Origin: an uncultured Gammaproteobacteria bacterium
GTDB lineage: Bacteria > Patescibacteriota > Patescibacteriia > UBA9934 > CAMTUG01
DNA length: 64,000 nt
Assembly (NCBI GenBank): GCA_964588955.1
Contig: CAZPQJ010000001.1
Span: 93,572-157,571 of the forward strand
Direction of reading: 5' to 3'
Shown here: one piece after another, positions 26,752 to 37,600 of the stretch
How positions within the stretch are numbered: the first letter of the stretch is position 1
Layout of the letters: every line of letters starts with the position of its first letter
Position numbers and translations under genes: made by a program
The notes under the pieces: generated by a model
The model's database searches: none
Told to the model about the DNA's origin: nothing
Seen by the model: only the letters and a program-made list of their open reading frames with translations

Positions 26752-28659
26752 ATGCTTGCAAAGCGTTCATCATTTTTACGCCTGGGAGGAGCCATCGGTA
26801 TGCTGGCCCTGTTTGTTGTTTTTGCGTTACAACCCGCTTCAGCCATTGCTGCCGACAGTCTGAATACCGTTGGTACAACGAGCGGTCTTGGCAACACCGA
26901 TTTGCTGACCATCATTGGCAACATCATTAATATCTTTTTGGGTCTGCTTGGCGTGGTCTTTTTGGTGCTCACCATTTACGCCGGGTTCTTGTGGATGACG
27001 TCGCAAGGCGATGAGGAGGTGGTGACCAAAGCGAAGAATATTATAAAATCGGCGACGATTGGATTGGTTCTGTGTTTAGCAGCTTTCGCCATTGCAACGT
27101 TTGTCATCAATTTATTGACTTCGGCGATTTTAGGAGGAGACAATGATACGCCGACGGGTCCAACGCCGGAATTGTTTTCCGACGCGTTGGGCAGTGGTGG
27201 TATTGAAGATCATTATCCGGATCGTAACGCGACAGACATTGCTCGCAATACCAAAATTTTAGTGACCTTTAAAAATCAGATTTACGTCCCCGCCTTTATT
27301 GTTGGATACGACGCTGGAGAGGATGCGACGATTGTTAGCGACGACACAGCTCCGGCAACAGCCAACGTAAACACCGGGAATTTTACCCTTTCCTGCGTGG
27401 CGGAAGATGGCACAGAAACAACCTATGGGTCGACGGATATCACCGTTTCTTTTACGGATGATTTAAAAACGTTTGTGTTTGACCCACCTATTTTGGGTTC
27501 CGCGCTTGCCCCTACTGATTGTACGGTGTTGCTGTCGAGCAACATTCTCACGGCCACGGGAGGGGATGCGATTGGTGCCAATTATGAGTGGTCCTTTCAG
27601 GTTTCCACTGAATTGGATTTAACTCCCCCGACGGTGGTGAACGTCATTCCTGGCGACGGCGATTCCGGTTACGGCAGAAACATCACTACACAAATTACCT
27701 TTAATGAAGCGGTTGATCCTACTACGGCTTCCGGTACCTACTCTTCAGCCGCTGGAGCTTTTGACAAGATTGTCATCTCTGCTGATCAAAGTGATCCACC
27801 GAGCGGATCGAAGACGGCCGTTGAAGGAACCTATGTACTCTCGAGCGGCTACAAAGTGGTGGAATTTACGCCGGCAGCCAGTTGTGGTGCAGATGTAGTG
27901 AATTCTTGCGGCGTGGCCATGTATTGTTTGCCGGGTCCGACCGATGAGGAGATGCGCGCGGGCCAGGAGGAGGAGATTGATTTGCGTGTTAAAGCGGCGA
28001 GCCTTGAAAGTCCCGTGTCGAGTGACGCTCCGGCTGCGGCGAACGTGCCCTACACAGGCGTGGCGGATTTGGCGGGCAATGCCTTAGATGGCAACGACGA
28101 TGGCACCGCTGGCGACGATTACTCCGAGTCGTTCAGTGTTACCAATGAAATTGTTTCTACGCCGCCGGGCATTGAAACCGTTTCTCCAAGCGTTCTTGAA
28201 CCGGACGTCAATTTGGATCAATCGGTGGTGGTGTTGTGGGATACCTTTATGCGTGCTTCGACGCTCACCAACGCCTATGTTTCCATCGTCGCCAATCCGG
28301 ATCATGAAATGTCCTACGTCAGTCGTGTTGCAACCGTGGATGCCGATGGTGTGGACGTGGCCTCCAGTGGCGGAACGGCCGTTGGAAGCGCCGTAACGAT
28401 TGTTCATGGAACCTTTCTAGAATCTATTGAAGATGATCCTTCGACTTCACCAAAAAATGAAGCCGTGTCTCAATTGTATTATCCGATCTTGCCGGACGAC
28501 ATTCAGAGTTTGTATCAAAACTGTTTTTATCCCGCTTCTGGACCGGGTGCATCAGAGTCATCTACCTGCGACGGCACGGCCAATAATCCCAACTGTTGTA
28601 ATGGAACAGCCACATCGACGCCGTTCAATCAATCAACCTACGTTTGCGGATCACCGTAA
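26752..28659 (+). CDS. Secreted/membrane-anchored surface protein with a VirB2/TrbC-like pilin-type TM hairpin and Ig-like extracellular repeats
   Basis: Signal peptide, then hydrophobic helix, GFLWMTSQGDEEVVTKAKN loop and a second hydrophobic helix. The rest is Thr/Ser/Asp-rich beta-rich sequence with Big/Ig-like repeats (TPPTVVNVIPGDGDSG..). The N-terminal module is shared with the downstream giant gene. Confidence 0.6.
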   Translation: MLAKRSSFLRLGGAIGMLALFVVFALQPASAIAADSLNTVGTTSGLGNTDLLTIIGNIINIFLGLLGVVFLVLTIYAGFLWMTSQGDEEVVTKAKNIIKSATIGLVLCLAAFAIATFVINLLTSAILGGDNDTPTGPTPELFSDALGSGGIEDHYPDRNATDIARNTKILVTFKNQIYVPAFIVGYDAGEDATIVSDDTAPATANVNTGNFTLSCVAEDGTETTYGSTDITVSFTDDLKTFVFDPPILGSALAPTDCTVLLSSNILTATGGDAIGANYEWSFQVSTELDLTPPTVVNVIPGDGDSGYGRNITTQITFNEAVDPTTASGTYSSAAGAFDKIVISADQSDPPSGSKTAVEGTYVLSSGYKVVEFTPAASCGADVVNSCGVAMYCLPGPTDEEMRAGQEEEIDLRVKAASLESPVSSDAPAAANVPYTGVADLAGNALDGNDDGTAGDDYSESFSVTNEIVSTPPGIETVSPSVLEPDVNLDQSVVVLWDTFMRASTLTNAYVSIVANPDHEMSYVSRVATVDADGVDVASSGGTAVGSAVTIVHGTFLESIEDDPSTSPKNEAVSQLYYPILPDDIQSLYQNCFYPASGPGASESSTCDGTANNPNCCNGTATSTPFNQSTYVCGSP

Positions 28660-28661
28660 CT

Positions 28662-31600
28662 ATGAAGCGCTTGTCTTTTTCAACGTGGCTTAAAGGACTG
28701 ACGGGGATGGGAATCCTCGCCGGCGTTCTTGGGGCCGCACCGGCATTAGCTCAGTCGCTGAATACAGGGATTGAAGAAGGGGGAGCTTTTCAGCAAGCGC
28801 TTGGGCTTGGCACGGGCGACATTAAAATCATCATCGCTAACATTATCCGCATCTTTCTTGGGTTGTTGGGGGTCATTGCGGTTAGTTTGATTGTCTACGG
28901 CGGGTTCTTGTGGATGACGTCTGCGGGTAATGAAGAGCGAACGCATAAAGCGAGAATGGTCATTACCAACGCCATTATTGGATTGGTGATCATCATGATG
29001 TCGTTTATTATCGTTTCGTTCGTTCTGAATAAACTGCTTGCAGCCACGGGATTTGGAGGAGGAACGTTTGATGAGCCTCCGACGTGCGATGGATGCATCC
29101 CTCCAGATTATTCCAGCGTCTTTACGATCGACTCTGTTTCTCCACAAGGCGATCAAACGATTAAAAATCTCACCGTGCGCTTGACGTTTAATAAAGATGT
29201 TGATGCGGCAACGGTTTCCGACAACATTACCGTGACGGCGGATGGATCAGACACCCCGGTGACGGGTACGTTTTCGGTGGTTGGCGATCGCGTGAGTTTT
29301 CATCCCGATGCTGTTTGCGAGGGGTATCCGGAAGAGTATTGTTTTGATAGTAATACACCGTACACAATTACTCTTGGTTCGGGATTAAGGAGTATAGAAG
29401 AGCTAGCTCTTTCTTGCGGAGGCTTTTATGATTCTTGCACCTATACGTTTACCAGTGGAGAGTTGGTTGATACGCAACCGCCAAGTGTTTCTGTAACATC
29501 GCCGGAATATGGCGATAGCGTATCGGTCAATGCTTTGGTGCCGATTCAGGCGCATGTAGAAGACGACGGTGGGGTCGCGGAAGTTGAATTTTATGTGGAT
29601 GGTAATTTGATTGACACTATCCAACCGGACGGCGACACCCCGCTTACGTTTGATGCCACCATTGATTGGGATACATCGGCTCTTACCGCTCTTGAACGAT
29701 ACGGGTTAACGGCCGTGGCGTATGACGTGAATGATCATTCAGAACGTTCCGATGAAGTCCGCGTGATCGCCCGCGCAGAGCATTGTTTTAACGGCGACTA
29801 TCCCACCACGGATCCGAATTTTCCAGACGCCGATGAAGAGGGGGAGGATTGCGGTGGAGCGGATTGTGGTGCCTGTGATGGTTCCTCGTGTCGGGCATCG
29901 GAGGATTTTACCTGCGCCGCCACCTGTGTGGATGGTGTTTGTACCGACGTGCCGGAGATCACCGCCGTTTCGCCGTTAAACGGCGCGGTGGGTTCCTACG
30001 TTACCATTAGCGGAACGAATTTTGGTAGCCGCGTGGGGAGCGTGAAATTTGGCGATGTTGAAGCCGAGCTTGCCAATTGTGACGATGCCTGGCAGACCTT
30101 CCAGGTGATTGCTGTTGTGCCAGAAAGATTAACGGTCGGTGAGACCTATCCCATTACGCTCACCACCGCTGACGGTTATACAGACACCACCAACGATGAT
30201 TACGGCACGCCAATTGACGACTTTGAAGTGAACACGACGGTGCGTCCAGGAATTTGTGCTGTTGGCCCCAGCTACGGCGAGGTGGGGAGTTTCACAACCG
30301 TGTATGGAAATAATTTTGGCGCCACACAAGGTGACGGTACGATCTATTTTGGTACCGAGGCTGCTTCCGCCTATGCTAGTTGGAACGATAGCCAAGTGAA
30401 AGTAGATGTTCCAACATTAGTTGCCAAAGATTATTTCATGACCTTGTGGGTTGGTGGGGTTTCTTCTAACGACGTGAACTTCACGGTTGTCGATAGTGAT
30501 GCGGAAGAAGCGCCGTATATTGATTCGGTGAGTCCCACATCTGGCCCGATTGGTCAGTATGTGACGATCACCGGTAGTGGTTTTGGTTCAACGCCTGATT
30601 TAGTTTACTTTATTAATAACAATCCTGATTCTCCAGATTATGGAGGGAGATTCGAGGCGGATGTTGATTTTCCCGCCGTGTGTGAAGATAACTATTGGTC
30701 GCACACGCAGATTATTGTCAAAGTGCCGATAGGGTTGGGGCAGACAGACTATTTGATTGAAGTGCGTAAAGATGATCAGCTTTCCAATGATGCGGATTTT
30801 GCCGTGACTGCCGGAACGGCTTCGCCGGGGATCTGTTTGGTGTCGCCGTCTGCCGCGCCGGTGGGTTATCCGAGTGTTACGTTGAGTGGAGAGGGGTTTG
30901 GAACGACAACGGGAGAAGTTCATTTTTACGACGGATCTGAAGGGGGAGACACGTCCATTGCTAGTTCATGGAGTGACACGGAAGCGGTGGTGGAGGTGCC
31001 AGTGGGAGCGACATCTGGCCCCGTGATTCTTTATGATGCGTTGTTCCGATCTTCCAATGCCGTTAATTTTGACGTGGGGGATTGTAATACCCAGAATGTG
31101 TGTGATGCCAATACGCAGCAGTGTTGCGCTTCCGGTGCCTGTATCGGTGCCAACGACGTGTGTCCGGAAGCGGCTCAAGTGAACGCTGAATACGTGTGGG
31201 AATTTTCGACGGGAGCGATCCCTGTTGTACCAACGGTGCAGGCACGGTGTTCAACCACGATGATTTCTCCTACCCCCTGGAGCGGCCGCGCGGGTGGGGA
31301 GTCCGTGTGCGTTAACGCTGGAATCTCTGCTACGTTTGATGTGGCCATGGATACCGCTTCCCTCAAAGCTGACGGCAACATTACGCTTGGTGCTTGCTCG
31401 GACGCGACCTGTGCTTCTTCCACCCCTGTGGATTTGGGAGACGTCAGTACGACGGCTACCAGTTTCGCTGTTTATCCAACGAGCAGTCTCGCGCCGGGTA
31501 CCACCTATCAAGTTGTTCTCTCTTCGGCGATTACTTCTTCGTTGGGGGTGGCCATTGCTCCAACACGCTGGACATTTACTACCAGTACCGATGCTAATGA

Positions 31601-34600
31601 TTGCGCCTATGCCGGGGTGATGGTCAGTCCATCATTGGCCACGATTGAAGAGCAGGATGGGTTAGCAACGTTTAACGCCGCTGCTTTGGCGGAAGACGCT
31701 TGCATTATTCTCAATAACAACGACACCACGTGGTCGTGGTCGGTAGATCCGTCTGATCGTTATGTTTCGTTCTCCGACGCTGCCGTGGCTGGGTGTACGG
31801 GCGAGCCAACGAGTTGTCAAACGGTGATGGGTATTGCCGAAGGAGACAGTATTGTGACTGCGGAAGAAAGCACTCAAGGGTTGGATGATGACGCGGAAGT
31901 GGACGTCAACTTCACCAACCCCTATGCCGTGGATTATTGGCCGGGATGTAGCAACGGCGGTACGGCCTGTTTGAACGCGGCGATTGGCGCGCAATTTAAT
32001 ACAACGATGGATGACGTGACGGTGGAGTCGGCTGGAGCTATACATCTTTATGCCTGTAGTGATGAATCCTGCTCAACGCATACCGAGGACATTGGGATTG
32101 ATGTGGAACGTTCCGACGCTGACGAGACTGTTGTCAACATCACCCTCAACGATGATGATTATCCAAGCGGTAATCTTGCCACGCGCACCTACTACGAAGT
32201 GGTTTTTTCGAGTGCGATTGAATCGCAAAGCGGAGTGCCGCTTAATGAACATTATAACGGCGACTTCAGCTGGACCTTTTTGACGCGGGCGACGGATGAA
32301 ATTTGCGCCGTTGATCATGTGGTAGTGGATCCATCCGCCTCGACGGTCACCTATGTGGGAGCCACCTCCGTATTTGATTCCGTGCCCTATGGGGATCCGG
32401 ATGATTGTTCTACGAGTGGTCAGCGATTAACCGCCACGGGTTATGATTGGGGTTGGAGCATAGCCAATACGACTATTGCGAATTTGTGGCAGGATGGCGT
32501 GCCAGTTCAGGTAGTGGAAGATCGTATCCCTGACGGCTGCACAACATCGTGTTTGTCGGAAGGAACGTTAAGCTACGAGGCTATTTGTGGAGAAGACGCT
32601 GATGGAGACGGGAGTTTGTTGGATCCTGGTGAGGACTGCGATAATGGCACTGGGCTTGCTGGGGCGGGGTGTTCTTCCACCTGTCAAAGTCTTGGAACGA
32701 CGGCATGTTCCAGTGAAGAGGGATCCAATTGCTGTGGCAACAATAATCTAGATACGGGAGAAGAATGTGATGACGGAAATACGGCCAACAGCGACGGGTG
32801 TTCTAATGTATGTTTGAACGAAGGAGAGGCTGGGGGCGTGAGCACCTGCGGCGACGAGGGAATCGTGACCCATTCTGATTTGGTGAACTCCCGCGGCTGG
32901 GCCGGGGGAGAAGATTGCGACGATGGCAATACAGATAGTGGCGATGGTTGTTCCAATCTGTGTTTGAACGAAGGGTCTGTTTCCCGTCGCGACCTCAATG
33001 GTATCTGCGGTGATGGCGAAGTCGATGCGCCGGCCGAACAGTGTGACGACAGCGGTACGCGCAATGGCGACGGTTGTTCCGAGTACTGTTTATACGAAGG
33101 TAGCGACGCCTGTAGTAATCCAACCAGCGATCGTAACTGCTGTGGCAACGAGCAGACGGAAGCTTCCGCCTTTGAATCTTGCGACGACGGCAACACGGTG
33201 AATGGTGATGGCTGTTCGGCCGTGTGTTTGCTCGAAGGTTCTTCACGTGGGTATGCCACGCCAAGCTGGTGTGGAGACGGCACCACGGGAACCGGTGAAG
33301 CGCCAGCAGATACGGTGAGTGCTTGTGAGGTGAGTTTGAGTAGTCTCGATGGATTTGTGGAACCAGAACAGGTGGCCGTGATTGCTTCCACAGCTCCGGG
33401 CGAAGTCGTCGATGGTTTGGCCAGCACAACCGTTTCCGCTGCTGCCGAAGGAGAGACCGGTCAAGCCGCATTGAACTTAAGCTGTTCCTGTGCTGAAGAT
33501 AATCAATGCACGAGTTCTGACAGCTCCCTGAGCCTTGGATGTGGCACGGGAGGGTGTTGCTACGAACGTCCAAAGTTTTTGGGCTACACACCGAGTGACG
33601 GTGATGCCTGCCGTAACGCGCTGGTGGCGTTCGATTTTGATACCGAAATGGCTCTTGCGACCTTTACCGATAATCTTACTATCGAGCTCGTGCTGGAAGG
33701 GGATGAAGCGTGTCCTTACTCCTCATCTTCCACTGCTTTTGACACCTCGGGCAATGTCTTTGTGAAGGTCTGGAGTTCTGCTAAGCACCTGCTGAGCCGG
33801 CTGGTTGATCCAGCGCAGGCAAGCGATACCGCCTGTTATTTACCAATCACCTTTACGTCCTCGCCTACGGAGGACGGTGGTGAACGTGTGACTGCTATCT
33901 ACACGCAACTTTTGGAGGCTGACCGCAGTTATATTGTGAGTATTAAGGGGGATCCTTCGCATGATGGTTCTGGGGTGCGATCCGCCACGGGTGTTGGTTT
34001 GGATCACAATTATGCGCGCGTGATTTCTATCGGCGACAATGTTTGTAGCTTCGACACGGTCAGTGTACAAGACGTGGATGCTGATTCCCCCGGGCTGTTT
34101 ACGACGGTAGGGGAAGCGCACCCGTACACGGCAACGGCAATGACAATGATCGGGGGTGTGGCTCAAGCGATCGTTCCTATTCCCGATGTCTATGATTGGG
34201 ATTGGTCTAAAACGTGGTGGTCGACCGACGACACGGTTTTGCAAGTTGGAACGCAAACCGATTCTGGATCGGAAAGCAACAATACCGTTACAGCACAGAA
34301 TGACAACGGCACCGCCTCGATTTACGCTTCCGCCCAAATTACCGATGATACGTTGTTTTCTCCGAGTACAGCGTTGACCAATGTCTATGGCTCCGCGGAA
34401 GCCACTACTAACTTGTGTAAAAATCCTTGGCCAGCATTGAAATCCGGCCACAGCTGGGACCCGTTCCGTGATGGCGCGTTTGGTAATCACGACCCAGATG
34501 GGGATGGTGTTGTTGAAGTAATGCGCGGCGCGGGTTGGATGCATTTTACTACCTACTATTGTCGCGATGATATTGGCATAAGTACCAATGAGAACGGTGC

Positions 34601-37600
34601 CGAAGTTTCCGCTACCGGCACGGCAGCCGATGTGGTGTTTGTGGAAGATCCGCCGAGCGACGTGCTCAAAGAGTATCTCTTTAAATTGAGCGGCGGTGAC
34701 GCTGTTGGTATTCGCATTGCCAAAAATGACGACCTATTGAGTATTGGTGATTGGTACGATGCGCAAGGATTCACGGGTGCGCCATCAGAAACTACGGTTG
34801 ATGGCTATCAAGCCTTGCGTGATGGTCGAACCGTATATGTGAGTGCTGCGAACGTGAGTGGAGATTTTTCCGGAACAATTTATCCGAATGTGTACGTGAT
34901 CTCTTATAACGAAGGGGCTTCCGAAGAAACAATTGCCATCTTCGACCAAATGCTCGACAACTGGCAGTTCAATAGCAATATTTCCAACGATGGAATTTGT
35001 TATGAAGTGACAGGGGATTCTGCCGGTGAGCCAACGTTTGATGCTGATGGTCAAACGGTGAGTTGTACCTCCGATCTAGACTGTACGTCTGGAGCCTGCC
35101 GCGCGGGTAAAGACAAATTGCGCCGCGACATGCAGCGTCTGACTGATGTGAAAGAGATTGCCGGAGATTTGCAAGCATATGGGGAAGCTAATGGTCGTTG
35201 TAGTGCCACCAGCACCACTTCATGCACTTCCGACAGTGATTGTCCAGGGGTGGAAACGTGCCAGGCGCTGTACCCCACGATTGATTCTGGCAGTTTCTTG
35301 CGTGCACAATCGAGCAGTGCTTGGGATTCGTGGCAGAACGTACTCGGTACAACGCTTGGGGTAACCTTGCCAACCGATCCACTGAACGCCTACGCCGAGT
35401 GCGGCACAACGGGCGGTAGCTATGGTGACTACAATGCTGACACCTGTTGGTATGAAGCGGGGGCGCAGTATGCGTGTCCTACGGGTTCTCACGTTTATAA
35501 TTATAAAAATATCGGTGGCACAGCTTACCGGGTGTGGACAGATCTTGAATACCACTATGAAAGTGGAGTCACCGAGTGGCACGGTCGTGTTGATAGCGAG
35601 GTTGCGGATGGGCTTTCCGTTGTGGCCGGACAAGCGTTTACCGGCATCGTCGATGGATTCCAAGAAGACGCCACCTGCGATGGTACGGTAATGGGTAATT
35701 CTGCAGCTTGCGGGGACGGCGTCATTGGCGAGAGTGAAACATGTGAAATTGGAGATACGTCAACGACCAGTTGCCATGCGTTAACTTGTCTTTCCGCTGA
35801 TCCAGATTATGATGGCGCGGCTTGCTTGGTTGATTGCGCGGATACAACGATTTGTCCGGGTGGGGACAAGAACGCTGACGGGATCTGCGATGGTGGTCCG
35901 GCTGGCGGTCAAGCTTGTGGCACCGGAGACGTGGATTGTACCGATACATCAATTTGTTCCACCTATCCGTACTTTGAACGCACGGAAGGGACGCAAGTAA
36001 CTACGTGTGATCGTTCAACCTGTGATGCTTTCTCTGCCGCTGCAGACGCCGCGTGTGTACCGTTCCGTTGCGGTAACGGAGTCGTGGATGATGGAGAGGA
36101 TTGCGACGACGGTTCCCACAACGGCAACTATGGTTATTGTGGCACCAGCTGTCAGTGGGACTCCACGGCCTTCTACTGCGGCGACGGTACGCTCGCTGGC
36201 GGAGAAGTTTGCGATAAGGGTGCCAGCAACGGTCAGTACGCCCTTTCTTCTGCCGATACGTGTTCGGCCACTTGCGATGGTCCGGGGTTGTATTGCGGCG
36301 ACAGCGTTGTGAACGGTTCAGAAGTTTGCGATGGTACTTCCGAGACCTGGGCTGGTTCGTTGTGCCCCGATGGGGTCACTACGTGCACCTCGAACGCGGA
36401 TTGTGGAGGAAACACCTGCGGGGCAGGAGGGTTAATCTACAACGGTGCTTGTCCGACAGCTTCATTGTGTGTGGGGGGAGATTACGACGGATTCCCCTGT
36501 GGTAACTTTTCTTGGCCAGATGCGGTGTCTATTATGAGTGGCTATTCTGACTTCGCGATTGACTTCACCGAAGGAGCTTATGGAGTGCTTTGCCAAAATT
36601 ATGGTGGCACGTGCGTTGATTCGGCTGTCTATCCTACCTACCACATCCGCTCGTGTAATGATTCCGGTACCTCGGCTGACTGTTCTTGGAACACCTGGCA
36701 GGATTTCTGTAAAGCGGACACGGCTTCCTGTGGTAACGGAGTGGTAGATGGTACGGAGGCCTGTGATGACGGTAATGATTCAAATAATGACAGCTGCACC
36801 AATCAATGCACCGTGAACATTTGCGGTGATGGGTATTTGTACACCGACCATGAATCTTGCGATCGTGCGGAAGAAAACGGACAGGAGTGTACAGCTGATT
36901 ATGGCAGCACCTGCCGTTACTGTTCCTACGATTGCACGTACCTCACTTCTTCTGGTTCTTATTGTGGAGACGGAGTGGTACAAGATTCCGACGAGTTATG
37001 TGACGGCTCTGAGCTCACCCAGTTCCGTTGTTTCGACGACGCGACGACACAGCAGGTTGGAGATGTTTGTTATGAGGCAAATGCTGCCGAAGGGAGCGGT
37101 TGTGAATCGGGATTCACCTGTCGCAATCTTGGAGTTTGTAATGGTGGATTAAACGATGGTATGTACTGTACCCAAACGGATGCGGTTTCTGGGAAAGATC
37201 TGGCTTTCTGTGCCGGGGGCACCTGCGTACTCCCAACCTGTGCCGACGACTGTGGTTCCACCTGCCCGTTCAGCTATGCTGATCAGGCGGTGGACGTAAC
37301 CAGTGAAGAGGCGGGGGCTACAGCCAATGACAGTATCAGTTTATATAGTCTCGACACGGACGGCTCGCCGAATTTGGCGACGCTGACCATTCCCGCCTGC
37401 CGCATTGAAAGCGGGTTGACCGCTGACATTTCTGACGCGGATCGAGATTATTCCGACGTCGATATTATGTTCGTGTTGGACGACTCGCAATCCATGGGTG
37501 AGCCGCTTGGTTCATCTACGGGTCTAGAAGTGTTGCGCGATGCTGTTAGCGACGCGATCGATCAATTGTATGATGCTTATCACGGCACGAACGCCGAGGT

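Noticed and set aside
32684-33427. 247-aa minus-strand ORF (and several others at 30129-38626 on both strands) inside the giant surface-protein gene
   Set aside because: The translations are Ser/Pro/Arg-rich low-complexity, typical of off-frame reading of a long real gene, and they lie entirely within the 3288-aa CDS, which has coherent domain architecture.
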